NCBI GenBank assembly: GCA_963752825.1
Contig: CAVVZF010000001.1
Location: forward strand, 930,225 to 994,224
DNA length: 64,000 nt
Direction: 5' to 3'
Source of the DNA: Vulcanimicrobiota bacterium
GTDB taxonomy: Bacteria > Vulcanimicrobiota > Vulcanimicrobiia > Vulcanimicrobiales > Vulcanimicrobiaceae
The translations under genes were made by a program, and so were the position numbers. Each line of letters opens with the position of its first letter. Position 1 is the first letter of the stretch. The notes beneath the pieces are model-generated. The model was given only the letters and a program-made list of their open reading frames with translations. It was not told where the DNA came from and ran no database searches. Shown piece by piece: positions 9,123 to 19,037 of this stretch.

Positions 9123-10085
9123 ATGTTCCGCCTCGCCCAGACCGGGCGTTGGATGCTTTTCCTGGCGGGAGCTGCCGGCTTGGCGGATTGCGCGGCCGGT
9201 TCTTCGGCGCCGCCGCTCCGGACGGTTTGGCCGGCCGTCGTAGCGGAGGCCAGGCCCGACGCTCAGCATTATGGCAATGACTTCATGTATTCATCCCAGC
9301 CCTATGGGAACGACGCGACGGTGTATCGGCGCCAGGGCCTCACCCTCACGCATCTGGAGACGCTCTCCGTCGGCATCTCGGCGCCGCAGGGAACGATTAC
9401 GACTTCGTCCGGTTGGTGGTATCTTGCCAACGCCGGCGCTTCGAACGTGCTGATCTACCGCAGCACGAAAAAAGGACCGAGCGGTCCGGTCGGATTGCTC
9501 GGCGACGGCGGGGAGGTGCCCGATAACGTCAGCGTTACACCCGACCGCGAGCTGGTTGCGGTTTCGAACCTAGCGAGTGCCGGTAGCGGCACGGGAAGCG
9601 TCAGCGTTTACCTAAACCAAGCGTCGAAGCGATCGCGCGTTCTCACCTACGGCACCGACGTGCTGGCGGGCGAGGGGGTTGCGATCGATCCCCACGGCAA
9701 CTGTTTCTGGAGCTTCAACGACGTCAGCAAGCCGAGCGCGCTCGGCTCGATCGTAGAGTTCGACCGATGCAGCGGAACGGGAACGGTCGTGAGATCGGGG
9801 ATCGCTCGCGCCGGCGGGATGGTCTTTGACGCGACCGGCAACCTCTACTATATCGACGAAGCCAGCGGAATCTACAAGTGCGCACAGATCTCGAATTGCA
9901 AACTCTTGTCCGGCGGCTTCGGGCTTCCAATCAATCTCAACTTCGACGCCAATCAGAAACATCTCTGGGTCGCCGACGCGACGGGCTACATCGACGCCGT
10001 GAATCCCGCGACCGGTAGCATCGAATACCAAACGCTCTCGGTCGACGGCGACCCCTTCGGAATCGCACCTTCGCCCGGGGGTTAG
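9123..10085 (+). CDS. Secreted beta-propeller-like lipoprotein, uncharacterised (distant member of 'family B')
   Basis: ATG with GAAGGA upstream. Signal MLFLAGAAGLADCAAG. Repeated blade-like motifs (VAIDPHGNCFWSF, VFDATGNLYYID, HLWVADATGYIDAV) and a C-terminal GIAPSPGG. Confidence 0.7.
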   Translation: MFRLAQTGRWMLFLAGAAGLADCAAGSSAPPLRTVWPAVVAEARPDAQHYGNDFMYSSQPYGNDATVYRRQGLTLTHLETLSVGISAPQGTITTSSGWWYLANAGASNVLIYRSTKKGPSGPVGLLGDGGEVPDNVSVTPDRELVAVSNLASAGSGTGSVSVYLNQASKRSRVLTYGTDVLAGEGVAIDPHGNCFWSFNDVSKPSALGSIVEFDRCSGTGTVVRSGIARAGGMVFDATGNLYYIDEASGIYKCAQISNCKLLSGGFGLPINLNFDANQKHLWVADATGYIDAVNPATGSIEYQTLSVDGDPFGIAPSPGG

Positions 10086-12556
10086 TGCGCGCGGCGAGCG
10101 GCGCCGAGCTTTCCAGCCTGCTCAAGCGTCTTCGGACGCAGGCGGGCTTCTCGCAACAGATGCTTGCAGACCGCGCGGCGATTAGCGTCCAAGCCGTTTC
10201 GGCGCTGGAACGCGGTAGCCGTAAGGTTCCCTATCGTTACACCCTCGAGCGCATCGCCGAGGCACTCGAACTCCCCGAGGAGGCTCGCCTCGAGTTGGAG
10301 ATGTCCACTAGGCGCGCGCGCGGCCAGCGCCTGGAGGAATCGGCTCCGACGCCGGCTCACAATCTGCCCCGCCAGCTCACGTCGTTTCTGGGCCGCGTCG
10401 AGGTCGTAAAGGAGGTCGTCGCCCTCCTTTCGCAGGCGCCCCTGGTCAGCATCGTCGGAACCGGCGGAGCGGGCAAGACCCGCGTGGCGATCGCCGCCAG
10501 CACAACACTGCTCAACAGCTTCGCCGATGGGGTCTGGTTCGTCGATCTGTCCCCTCTCGCCGATCCGGAACTCCTGCCACAAGCTCTAGCCGCCGCGCTG
10601 AGCGTGCAAGAATCGCCGCACCGTTCGCTGCTGGAAACGCTCGTCGCGTACCTAGGGCGAAGACGCGCCTTGATCGTTTTCGACAACTGCGAGCAGGTGA
10701 TGTCCGGTGCGCGCGCCGTGATTGGAGCGCTACTCCGCGATTGTCCGAGCATCGCGCTGCTCGCGACCAGCCGCGAGGCGTTGAGCATACCCGGGGAGCG
10801 CGCGTACCGAATCCCGCCGCTGGGCGTTCCGCGACACGGGACGCCCGCGCCCGAAGACGCGCTTCGCTACGGGGCCGTCGAGCTTTTCGTCGACCGCATG
10901 CACGCCGTCGACTCGCGCGCCGAGATCACACGTGAGAACGTCGAACCGATCGTGGAAATTTGCCGGCGCCTGGACGGTTTGCCTCTGGCGCTGGAGCTCG
11001 CGGCGGCGCGCACGGCCGTGCTCTCTCCTGCCCAGATTTGCGCGCGTCTCGACCGGATCTTCGACGTCCTCACGAGCAGCGGCGCCGCAGCGATTCCGCG
11101 GCAGCGGACGATGCGCACCGTCGTCGACTGGAGCTACGAGCTGCTCTCTCCGCCGACGCGCCTGCTCTTCACTCGCCTCGCGATCTTTGCCGCAGGCTTC
11201 TCACTGGAATCCGCGAGCGCGGTCTGCTGCGACGAGCGGCTTCCCGGCGCGGGGATGTTGGAGTTGCTTTCGTCGCTCGTCGCGCAGTCGCTGGTCGCGC
11301 CCGAGTTCGAGCGAGGCAACGCGCGCTATCATCTCCTCGAGGCCACCCGACAGTACGCGCTGGAGAAGCTCGAAGAGCGTGGCGAACGAGCGGCCATGGC
11401 GCAGCGACACGCGATCGCGTTTCTGCGCATGGCCGAGCGGCTCGACCGCGATTGGTATGACGCTCGGGAGCGTTCGTGGTTTCGAGAAGCGGAGGCGGAG
11501 GTCGATAACTTCCGCACCGCGCTGACCTGGTCGCTCGCCGAGCGCCGCGATGTGCCCTCGGGCCGTGTGCTCGCCGCCGGGTTGGCCCGCGTGTGGTATT
11601 CGATCTCCCCGGTTGAGGGACGACGCTGGGTGCGGCTCGCCATCGAGAGCGGCGACGACACGACGCCGCGCGACGTGCTCGGCCGCCTTCACGTCGCGGA
11701 TGCGGAGCTGAGTGGTTCGCTCGGTGAGTACAAAGCGTCCCTTTCAGCGGCGGAGCGGGCTCTGCGGCTCGACGATGGCCTCGACGAGTTGCAGCGAGCT
11801 CGCGCGGAGCAAGCCGCGGGCAGCGCGCTCGGCGCGCTGGGGCGCGCAGATGAGGGCCAAGCGCTCCTCGAAGCGGCGCTCGCGGCGTCGAAGCGCCTCG
11901 ATAATCGCCGGATGCAAGCCCTCGTGCTCGGCGACCTCGGAACGGCGCGTTCGCGCTGCGGCGACCTCGAGGGAGCGCGACGTTTTTACGCCGATGCACT
12001 CGCGTACTACGAGGCGCTCGGTCTCGAACGGCCTGCGGCGTCGATTGCGGGGAATCTCGCTGAGGTCGAGTTTGCGGCCGGCAACGCGGCTGCGGCGCTC
12101 CAGCTGGCCGAGGAGGCTCGCGCGGCGCACGAAGACACGCAAAACCGCCGCGCGGTCGCAAACGACCTTTGCAACATGGCCGCGTATCTCATTGCGCTCG
12201 ACTGTTTCGACGACGCGCGCGCGTATGGAAGGGAAGCGCTCATCGCCGTCCGCGACGTCAAGCGGACCGTGCTGATGGCCTACGTTCTGCAACACCTCGC
12301 GGCGGTGGGGGTGCTGCAAGCCAGTTCCGATCATCGCAACGTCGAAACCATTCACAAGCGCGCTGCGATGTTGCTCGGATTCGTGGACGGATGGCTCGGG
12401 AAACTGGAGGCGCCGCGCGAATACACCGAGCGCCAAGAGTACAAACGCGTCGTCGCCGCGCTGCGGACGGCGTTGGGCGATCGTCTGGACGCCACGATGG
12501 CGCACGGCGCCGATTGGACCGAAGCCGTAGCCATCGGAGCTTCGCTCGAGCTATAA
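10085..12556 (+). CDS. XRE-type HTH / NB-ARC-like P-loop (STAND) / TPR multidomain regulator
   Basis: The GTG start overlaps the upstream stop (TAGTG). HTH: LKRLRTQAGFSQQMLADRAAISVQAVSALERG. Walker A: VSIVGTGGAGKTRVA. Walker B-like: ALIVFDNCEQV. Also LDGLPLALELAA (NB-ARC GLPL-like). The C-terminal half is helical TPR-like repeats. Confidence 0.8.
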   Translation: MRAASGAELSSLLKRLRTQAGFSQQMLADRAAISVQAVSALERGSRKVPYRYTLERIAEALELPEEARLELEMSTRRARGQRLEESAPTPAHNLPRQLTSFLGRVEVVKEVVALLSQAPLVSIVGTGGAGKTRVAIAASTTLLNSFADGVWFVDLSPLADPELLPQALAAALSVQESPHRSLLETLVAYLGRRRALIVFDNCEQVMSGARAVIGALLRDCPSIALLATSREALSIPGERAYRIPPLGVPRHGTPAPEDALRYGAVELFVDRMHAVDSRAEITRENVEPIVEICRRLDGLPLALELAAARTAVLSPAQICARLDRIFDVLTSSGAAAIPRQRTMRTVVDWSYELLSPPTRLLFTRLAIFAAGFSLESASAVCCDERLPGAGMLELLSSLVAQSLVAPEFERGNARYHLLEATRQYALEKLEERGERAAMAQRHAIAFLRMAERLDRDWYDARERSWFREAEAEVDNFRTALTWSLAERRDVPSGRVLAAGLARVWYSISPVEGRRWVRLAIESGDDTTPRDVLGRLHVADAELSGSLGEYKASLSAAERALRLDDGLDELQRARAEQAAGSALGALGRADEGQALLEAALAASKRLDNRRMQALVLGDLGTARSRCGDLEGARRFYADALAYYEALGLERPAASIAGNLAEVEFAAGNAAAALQLAEEARAAHEDTQNRRAVANDLCNMAAYLIALDCFDDARAYGREALIAVRDVKRTVLMAYVLQHLAAVGVLQASSDHRNVETIHKRAAMLLGFVDGWLGKLEAPREYTERQEYKRVVAALRTALGDRLDATMAHGADWTEAVAIGASLEL

Positions 12557-12588
12557 ATCAGCCCACTCGTTCAGAAGCGCGGGAAACA

Positions 12589-13059
12589 CTAGGCGCGATC
12601 GATGCGGCCCGAGTAGCACCCCGGCTTGGCGTTGTGCGCGTGGATATACGCGACCTTCGGATCGGCGAACAAGCGCTCGATGAGCGTTTCGAGCGCTTGC
12701 CCATCTACGAGGTCCGCGTCGAGCATCATGTCGTTCGCGTCGTACGCTCGCAGGCTCAACGGCCGAAGACGCATGACCTCGGGAATCTCATTGATGCGGT
12801 CGTAACGTTCCGTCGCGCCCTCGCGCACGAAGATCGCGTGGCTCGCCCGGTACGGCGATGCGGCATCGAGATGGGTGTAGTTCAGCAGGAGCGCGCGTTC
12901 GCCGACTTTGAGGTCGCGCATCTCGATCCGATCGGGAAATCCGGGCATGGTGTCGACGACGTAACGCAGCACTCCGTGGCGCGCAAGCTCGGCGTCGCTG
13001 AGTCCGTAGAGGTGCGCGAAGGATTCCGGTGCGAGACCGGTGACGCGAAACGGTATCAC
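12589..13059 (-). CDS. DUF1203-like protein
   Basis: MIPFRVTGLAPESFAHLYGLSDAELARHGVLRYVVDTMPGFPDRIEMRDLKVGERALLLNYTHLDAASPYRASHAIFVREGA matches my recollection of the DUF1203 family. Confidence 0.6.
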   Translation of the reverse strand: MIPFRVTGLAPESFAHLYGLSDAELARHGVLRYVVDTMPGFPDRIEMRDLKVGERALLLNYTHLDAASPYRASHAIFVREGATERYDRINEIPEVMRLRPLSLRAYDANDMMLDADLVDGQALETLIERLFADPKVAYIHAHNAKPGCYSGRIDRA

Positions 13060-13178
13060 CGATGGATATTCTCGCGCATCGGCCGCTATAAAACCATCGG
13101 AATCTTGCTCGATTCGCGCCTCGCGTGGGTTTACGACGTTTCTCGCGAAAGTAGCTCGGTCAGCGAAAGGAGCTATTC

Positions 13179-13499
13179 ATGGCTAAGTTCTTAGTCCACG
13201 CCAGCTATACGCCCGAAGGGGCGAAGGGGCTCGTGAAGAGCAGCGCTACGCGGCGGCGCGAGGCCGTCGAGGAGCTCATCAGGTCACTAGGCGGGAAACT
13301 CGAGACCTTCTATTTCGCCTTCGGCGAGGACGACGCGGTGCTGATTATCGATCTACCGGACGCCGAGGCCGCGCTCGCCGTCGGGTTTGCCGTTCGTGCT
13401 TCGGGCATGGTGCACAGCAAGACGACCGTATTGATCCCGATCGAAGAAGTCGATCGCGCGATCCAGCGCCACGTCCAGTACACTCCACCGGGCGGGTAA
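13179..13499 (+). CDS. GYD-domain protein
   Basis: GAAAGGAG RBS. MAKFLVHASYTPEGAKGL...GGKLETFYFAFGEDDAVLIIDLPD is the typical GYD-family pattern, about 105 aa. Confidence 0.7.
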   Translation: MAKFLVHASYTPEGAKGLVKSSATRRREAVEELIRSLGGKLETFYFAFGEDDAVLIIDLPDAEAALAVGFAVRASGMVHSKTTVLIPIEEVDRAIQRHVQYTPPGG

Positions 13500-13511
13500 G
13501 TCTTCGCGCTC

Positions 13512-14657
13512 GTGCCGGTCCACGTTCGGTTCCTCGCAGCGCTCCTGGTTCTGCTGGCGGTCGCGCCGCCGCCGCAACAGCCGACGCTTCGTGCCGCGGT
13601 GGACCGCGTCATACGTCCGGTTATGGCGAAAGATGATATTCCCGGCGTTGCGGTCGGCATTACAATCGCGGGCTCCGACTACGTCTTCGAGTACGGGCTA
13701 GCTTCGAAGCGGCTGCGCCGGCCGGTCACCCGCGATACGCTGTTTGAAATTGGATCGATAACCAAGACGTTCACCGCAACGCTGGCCTCCCGGGCGCAGG
13801 TCGAACATCGCCTCGCGCTCGCGGACGACACGGCCCAATACATCCCCTCTCTGCGCGGCAGCCCATTCGGGCGGGTAAGTCTGCTCGCTTTGGGCACCCA
13901 CACTCCGGGAGGCCTGCCGCTGCAAGTTCCGGAGGACATCACGACCGACGCGCAGCTGCTGGACTACCTAAAGAAATGGCGGCCGGCCTATCCGGCGGGT
14001 ACGTACCGGACGTACTCCAACGTGGGGATCGGCATGCTCGGATTGATTACGGCAAAGAGCATGGATCGAGATTTTAGCGAACTGATGGAGCAGCAACTGT
14101 TTCCCGCCCTCGGCCTAACGAGCAGCTTCATGACCGTTCCCACGACCCGAACGGCCGATTACGCGCAGGGATACGCGCAAGACGGCGCGCCCATTCGAAT
14201 GTCGCGCGGCGTCCTGTGGGCGCCGGCATACGGCGTCAAAACGACGGCCGCAGACCTGCTCCGCTACGTCGAAGCCGAGATGGGCCTAATCGAACTCGAC
14301 CCCTCGCTGCAACAAGCCATTACGCAGACGCACACCGGGTACTTCCAGGCGGGTCCGATGACGCAGGACCTGATCTGGGAGCAGTACCCGTATCCCGTGT
14401 CGCTTAAAGCGCTGCTGGAAGGCAACTCGCCGCGGATGATCTTCGATGCAACCCCCGTTACGCAGATCAGGCCGCCCGAGGAGCCGCGGCACGACGTCTG
14501 GATCGACAAGACCGGTTCGACCAACGGCTTTGGGGCATACGTGGCGTTCATACCGGGAAGACGGCTCGGAATCGTGATCCTGGCGAATAGAAGTTTTCCG
14601 ATCGCGGATCGAGTGACCGCCGCGTATCGCATCCTCACGTCGCTCGCGAAGGATTAG
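13512..14657 (+). CDS. Class C (AmpC-type) beta-lactamase, secreted
   Basis: GTG start and signal-like N-terminus. All three class C motifs are present at the expected spacing: SITK (FEIGSITKTF), YSN (YSNVGIGMLG) and KTG (KTGSTNGFGAYVAFIP). Length is 381 aa. Confidence 0.85.
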   Translation: MPVHVRFLAALLVLLAVAPPPQQPTLRAAVDRVIRPVMAKDDIPGVAVGITIAGSDYVFEYGLASKRLRRPVTRDTLFEIGSITKTFTATLASRAQVEHRLALADDTAQYIPSLRGSPFGRVSLLALGTHTPGGLPLQVPEDITTDAQLLDYLKKWRPAYPAGTYRTYSNVGIGMLGLITAKSMDRDFSELMEQQLFPALGLTSSFMTVPTTRTADYAQGYAQDGAPIRMSRGVLWAPAYGVKTTAADLLRYVEAEMGLIELDPSLQQAITQTHTGYFQAGPMTQDLIWEQYPYPVSLKALLEGNSPRMIFDATPVTQIRPPEEPRHDVWIDKTGSTNGFGAYVAFIPGRRLGIVILANRSFPIADRVTAAYRILTSLAKD

Positions 14658-14725
14658 CCGGCGAGAGCGCCAATCCGGCGATTCCCCCAAAGACTAAACC
14701 GACCGATTAGGAGGTCTTTCGTCCG

Positions 14726-15148
14726 ATGCAACTCGAGCCATATCTCTTCTTTACCGGCGGCAAGTGTGAAGAAGCGTTAAATTTCTATAAAGGTGTCTTC
14801 AACGGCGAAATCGACGGACTTTCGCGCTGGAAGGAGATGCCCAAGGACGCCGGCGGACCGCCGGTCACCCCCGAGACCGAGAACATGGTCATGCACGCGA
14901 ACTTCAGAGCTCCCGGCGTGTCGTTCATGGCCTCCGATGCCTCCCCCGGAAAGACGTACGGAGAAGGATCGATGTCGCTGTCGCTCGGCACCGGTGACGT
15001 GGCCGAAGCCGAGCGGGTGTTCAAGAACCTCGCGGAGGGAGGAAGCGTCGAGATGCCGCTCGCCGATATGTTCTGGGGCGCGAAGTTCGGCATGCTCACC
15101 GATAAGTATGGCATCGATTGGATGATCAACTGCCAGACCGGACAGTAA
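14726..15148 (+). CDS. VOC-family protein (PhnB/YjdN-like)
   Basis: MQLEPYLFFTGGKCEEALNFYKGVF...VMHANF...FMASD...MPLADMFWGAKFGMLTDKYGIDWMINC is the characteristic PhnB-like pattern. Confidence 0.8.
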   Translation: MQLEPYLFFTGGKCEEALNFYKGVFNGEIDGLSRWKEMPKDAGGPPVTPETENMVMHANFRAPGVSFMASDASPGKTYGEGSMSLSLGTGDVAEAERVFKNLAEGGSVEMPLADMFWGAKFGMLTDKYGIDWMINCQTGQ

Positions 15149-15203
15149 CCTTTCGCGGGAGCGCCTTCATGCTTTTCTCATCTCTCGCGCTGAGGATGAG
15201 AGT

Positions 15204-16415
15204 ATGGAGCGCTCCCTTTCCTCCATTGCATTAGCCGCGTTCTTATCGAGCTGCGGAGGCGGCGCATCGGTCGCGCCGGCCGTACCCCTCGGGGTCGGTG
15301 CGCGCGGCGTCACGAACGCCGGTACGCTCGGGCCGGTCGTCTCGTCGGCGTTCGGTGGAGAGATCTACGGCTGGGACATCGACCAAACCGGCAGCGATGG
15401 CTTCCTGACCGAGACGCTCCTCAAACACAGCGGTCCCGTGGTGAACGGAATCGAGACCTTCGACGAGACGACCGGCAGAATAACCAAGGTCGTGCGAAAA
15501 TCGGAGCGGCTGAACGCCGACGTCGAGCCCGTCGCCATGGCGATCGCCGGCAGCGACGTCGGCATCATCGACGTGGCTCACGTTTCGTTCGGTAAGGGGG
15601 TCGTGCGGCACGACCACTTTGACCTGATGGAACCCGTTTCGAGGAACAGAATCAGCGGGAAGTCGGTGCCGTCGCGGGCGCGCGGCATGGTTCCTAGCCT
15701 AGTGACGAACAATCAAGCGTCGGCGTCGCAAGTCATGACGGCGCTCTACACGCACCGAGGCATCGATCAGGTGGGGCTGTACACCTACGACACGGCCGGC
15801 AACAAATGGGGAAATCGCATCGACTTTCCCAAGAGAGACCTCTTCACGACGCTGGCGCCGATCTATGCGGCGGTCGATGCCAAGACGAGCGAGGCCGTGA
15901 TCGGCTACCTCGGCCGGGAGCGGTACAACCCGAAGGAACCGGCGACGTTCGACGTCCTCGACGCGTCGACCGGCAAGCACCTGCGCACTTTTACCGGTCT
16001 CGGATACGGCTGGCCCAACGGCATGGCGATCGACCCGGCTACCGACATGATGTGCACGACGACGCAAGGCGACATGGACGTGGAGTTCTATCACCTCGCG
16101 ACGGGTAAAGGCAAAGCCGTGAAGATACCGGTCTATTTCTTCCACGGCGGAGGCTTGACCAACGGTGCCGCGGTCGCCGCCGATCCGGTACACCACCTCT
16201 TCCTGGTGGCCCAGCGCAACTCGACGTTCTCGCCCAATGGGGGGAGCACGGTCATCGTCTACGACGAGCGCGGCAAGCTCGTGGAATATATCAACGGTTT
16301 TAATTTCTTGAACCTGAATACGCCCATCGTGCCGCGTCTCGCGGTCAATCCAGTGGCCAGGATCGGATACGCCAACGGGCCCGGCCTCAACACTCTTCAG
16401 GAATTCAACTACTAG
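15204..16415 (+). CDS. Uncharacterised lipoprotein, 'family A' copy 1
   Basis: Lipobox AAFLSSCGG. Paralogous to 19038..20324, with shared blocks IYGWDIDQTGSDGFLTE, MMCTTTQGDMDVEFYHL, AADPVHHLFLVAQRNS and VIVYDERGKLVEYINGFNF. Confidence 0.75.
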   Translation: MERSLSSIALAAFLSSCGGGASVAPAVPLGVGARGVTNAGTLGPVVSSAFGGEIYGWDIDQTGSDGFLTETLLKHSGPVVNGIETFDETTGRITKVVRKSERLNADVEPVAMAIAGSDVGIIDVAHVSFGKGVVRHDHFDLMEPVSRNRISGKSVPSRARGMVPSLVTNNQASASQVMTALYTHRGIDQVGLYTYDTAGNKWGNRIDFPKRDLFTTLAPIYAAVDAKTSEAVIGYLGRERYNPKEPATFDVLDASTGKHLRTFTGLGYGWPNGMAIDPATDMMCTTTQGDMDVEFYHLATGKGKAVKIPVYFFHGGGLTNGAAVAADPVHHLFLVAQRNSTFSPNGGSTVIVYDERGKLVEYINGFNFLNLNTPIVPRLAVNPVARIGYANGPGLNTLQEFNY

Positions 16416-16430
16416 CAACGGAGACAAACG

Positions 16431-17390
16431 ATGACACGACGCATCGCTTCGATCGCCCTTCTCCTCGGCATCGCCGGATGCAGTGCGGCTCAGTTTTCGG
16501 CCGCGCCCCCGCTGCAGCAGCCGGCCCGCCAGGCCGCGCAACGCCATCGCGGCCGCTCCTGGATGTCTCCGGAGGCCAAGACCGAGAACCTGCTCTACGT
16601 CTCGAACGTCTCCGACATCACCGTGTACTCGTATCCCAAGGGCAAACTGGTCGGGACGCTCAGCAATTTCGACAAACCGTACGGCGAGTGCGTCGACGCG
16701 AAAGGCAACATATACGTCACCGACAGCTCGTTCGGGCTCATCTTCGAATACGCGCACGGCGGGACGAAGCCGATCGCGACGATCGCGGACAAACAGTATC
16801 AGCCATACGGCTGCGCGATCGACCCGACGACCGGCAATCTCGCCGTCGCCAACTATGAGACGGCGTGGGACTATCCCGGCAACCTCGCGATCTTTCGTAA
16901 GGCCCGGGGCTACCCCCAATCGTACGTCGTCGAGGGCCTATACTACTATTATTATTGCGGATACGACGCAGCCGGCAGCCTGTACGTGGACGGGCTGAAC
17001 GACGGCGGGTTCAATTTCGCCTTCGCCCGGCTGGCCAAGGCCAGCCACACGCTGCAACCCGTCCTCCTGCCCCAGAGCATCACTTTTCCGGGCGGCGTCC
17101 AATGGGATGGCACATACGTCGCGGTCGGCGATCAGGCCGGGTCCGCGATCTATCAGTTCAGTTTCACGAAAGGGCAGCCTAAGCTTCAAGGCCACACGCC
17201 GCTGACCGGCTCCGGCCTCGTGGGGCAGTTCGCCATCCACGGCGCGATCGTCGTAGCGCCGAATCAGGCGAACAGCACGTCCAACGTGCTGTTTTATAAC
17301 TATCCGGCGGGCGGCAACCCGACGCGGACGATAACCGACGGCGTTTCGTTTCCGTTCTCGGCGGTGGTGAGCCCGGCCGGCGGCCGTTAG
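16431..17390 (+). CDS. Secreted beta-propeller-like lipoprotein, uncharacterised (distant 'family B')
   Basis: Lipobox LLLGIAGCSA. Blade-like motifs: CVDAKGNIYVTDSSFGLIFEY, CAIDPTTGNLAVANY, GYDAAGSLYVDG. C-terminal AVVSPAGGR. Confidence 0.7.
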   Translation: MTRRIASIALLLGIAGCSAAQFSAAPPLQQPARQAAQRHRGRSWMSPEAKTENLLYVSNVSDITVYSYPKGKLVGTLSNFDKPYGECVDAKGNIYVTDSSFGLIFEYAHGGTKPIATIADKQYQPYGCAIDPTTGNLAVANYETAWDYPGNLAIFRKARGYPQSYVVEGLYYYYYCGYDAAGSLYVDGLNDGGFNFAFARLAKASHTLQPVLLPQSITFPGGVQWDGTYVAVGDQAGSAIYQFSFTKGQPKLQGHTPLTGSGLVGQFAIHGAIVVAPNQANSTSNVLFYNYPAGGNPTRTITDGVSFPFSAVVSPAGGR

Positions 17391-19030
17391 CGGCCGCCGG
17401 CTTTCGGGAGCCGCAGCGGGTCGACTCGCAACGCGAGTCGACCCTGTTGTTTGGCCGGCACGGTCTGGCGTGCGAGCCGAAGGATCCGACGATCGGCGAG
17501 AACGCGGGCCGCGGCGTCGTAGGTCGTCGCTAGATCGCTCGCGCTGCCGAATCGTTCTACGAGCGCGACGGCTTCGCGCATGAGATCGGCACGCTGCCCG
17601 AGCTCCTTTTGACCCGAGGCCATCGCAGCTCGATCGCGCAGGACGATCCCTTCGAGCCTGCGGTTGGCGAGCTTCTTAGCGATGCCGTAGGCTTCCAGCA
17701 TCGCTTCGCGAGCTTTGTCGTGTCGCGCCGCCTTCATGAAATATCTGGCTTGGGCGTGCTTCAGCAGCGCGTGCCGCAGCGTTCCGGGAGCGACGATCCG
17801 CTCGGCCTCGAACACGAGCGGGGCCGCCGCGCGCCAGTAGCGCGTTTCGAGCACCGCGTCGACGATTTCAGCGACGACGTATCCCAGGAATCCGCCGAAA
17901 TCGGCTCCTCGAGCCATGCGCAGCGCTTCGTGGGCCATGGCATAGACCGCTTCGTCGCGACCTCGCGAGGCAGCGTGACGGATGAGGCCCGAGCTCGCCA
18001 GAAGCGCTCCGATGAGCGTTCCGCTCGCGATGCTCAGGTCCAGCGCGTCGCGCAGGGACTGTTCTACCAGCCCAAACTCGTCGGTCGAGCTCTCCGCGCA
18101 GTAGCCCGCCAGCAACGCGATCGCAATGTGCCGCTTCGCGAGCGCGTGTGCGGACGATTGTTCCATCGTCCGCATGTGGCGCAGCATCTTTCGCGCCTCG
18201 TCGTAGTTGCCGGAGTTTCGGTACCACTCGCCGCAGAGAAATGCCGCATCGAACGTGATTTCATCCGACCTTCGTTCGGCGATTCGGCGCTTGGCGAGCC
18301 TCTCGAGTGCGGACGCGGCGGCGGCGTCGCGGCTGAGCTGGGACTCGATGCGGGCCTTGTTCAAGGCCCACACGTCGCCGAGCCACTCGCTGCTTCCGTT
18401 GCCTTTGGATAGCGGGAGCGAGTTGCCGGATCGGCCGAGAAGTTCGGTCGCCCGCTCGCGTTCGCCGAGGAAGACGAGCTCCTCGGCGAGCGCCAGGCCA
18501 ACGGCGGATTTGGCCAGCTCATCGACGACGGACGAATAGCCGTCCTCGAGCGCGCGCACCGCTTCGTTCGAAGCGCCACCGTCGCGCAGCGATTCCGCGC
18601 GCCGCAACAGCAGGCGCAACGCATCGTCGCGCACGACGGACCGCGCGTCGCGTGTCGTTGCCGCCTGTCCGAGCGCCCGCGCGATGCGCGAGCAGATTAT
18701 CTGCCGCTCGCGATAGTAGTGGCTTCTCGAAAGTCCTAGCTCCGCGGCCGTTTTCGCCGCTTCTTTCCCGGCGCAAAGCGCGGCTACGATTTCACGGCGG
18801 CGGCGTGCCTGCAGTTCGAGCCCGTTCGACTGCAGGTCGTCGCAGATCGCGTCCGTGAGGGCTAGAATATCGGCGCGGATCGCCGCTAGAACTCCCCTGC
18901 GGCCGCCGTTTTCAATGCGGAAGTACGATCGCAGGAGCGGGTTGCGGCGCAGAGCGCCCTCGTCGTCGATATGCCGAAACAGATGGCGTGCCGACGCAAC
19001 GAACGAGCGCTCCGGGTTGGCGCGGGGCAT
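17387..19030 (-). CDS. Putative regulator: sigma-70 region-4-like HTH followed by a long helical-repeat (TPR-like) domain
   Basis: 547-aa ORF that starts 7 nt after the upstream lipoprotein gene's stop. HTH-like RRREIVAALCAGKEAAKTAAELGLSRSHYYRERQIICSRIARAL. The rest is Ala/Leu/Arg-rich helical repeats. The function call is tentative. Confidence 0.55.
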   Translation of the reverse strand: MPRANPERSFVASARHLFRHIDDEGALRRNPLLRSYFRIENGGRRGVLAAIRADILALTDAICDDLQSNGLELQARRRREIVAALCAGKEAAKTAAELGLSRSHYYRERQIICSRIARALGQAATTRDARSVVRDDALRLLLRRAESLRDGGASNEAVRALEDGYSSVVDELAKSAVGLALAEELVFLGERERATELLGRSGNSLPLSKGNGSSEWLGDVWALNKARIESQLSRDAAAASALERLAKRRIAERRSDEITFDAAFLCGEWYRNSGNYDEARKMLRHMRTMEQSSAHALAKRHIAIALLAGYCAESSTDEFGLVEQSLRDALDLSIASGTLIGALLASSGLIRHAASRGRDEAVYAMAHEALRMARGADFGGFLGYVVAEIVDAVLETRYWRAAAPLVFEAERIVAPGTLRHALLKHAQARYFMKAARHDKAREAMLEAYGIAKKLANRRLEGIVLRDRAAMASGQKELGQRADLMREAVALVERFGSASDLATTYDAAARVLADRRILRLARQTVPAKQQGRLALRVDPLRLPKAGGR

Positions 19031-19037
19031 CTAACCC

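Noticed and set aside
10085-12556. STAND NTPase as an Avs/NLR-like antiphage defence protein.
   Set aside because: It has no nuclease, protease, TIR, Sir2 or other effector domain. The N-terminus is an XRE-type HTH, which fits a transcriptional regulator. No neighbouring defence or mobile-element genes were seen.
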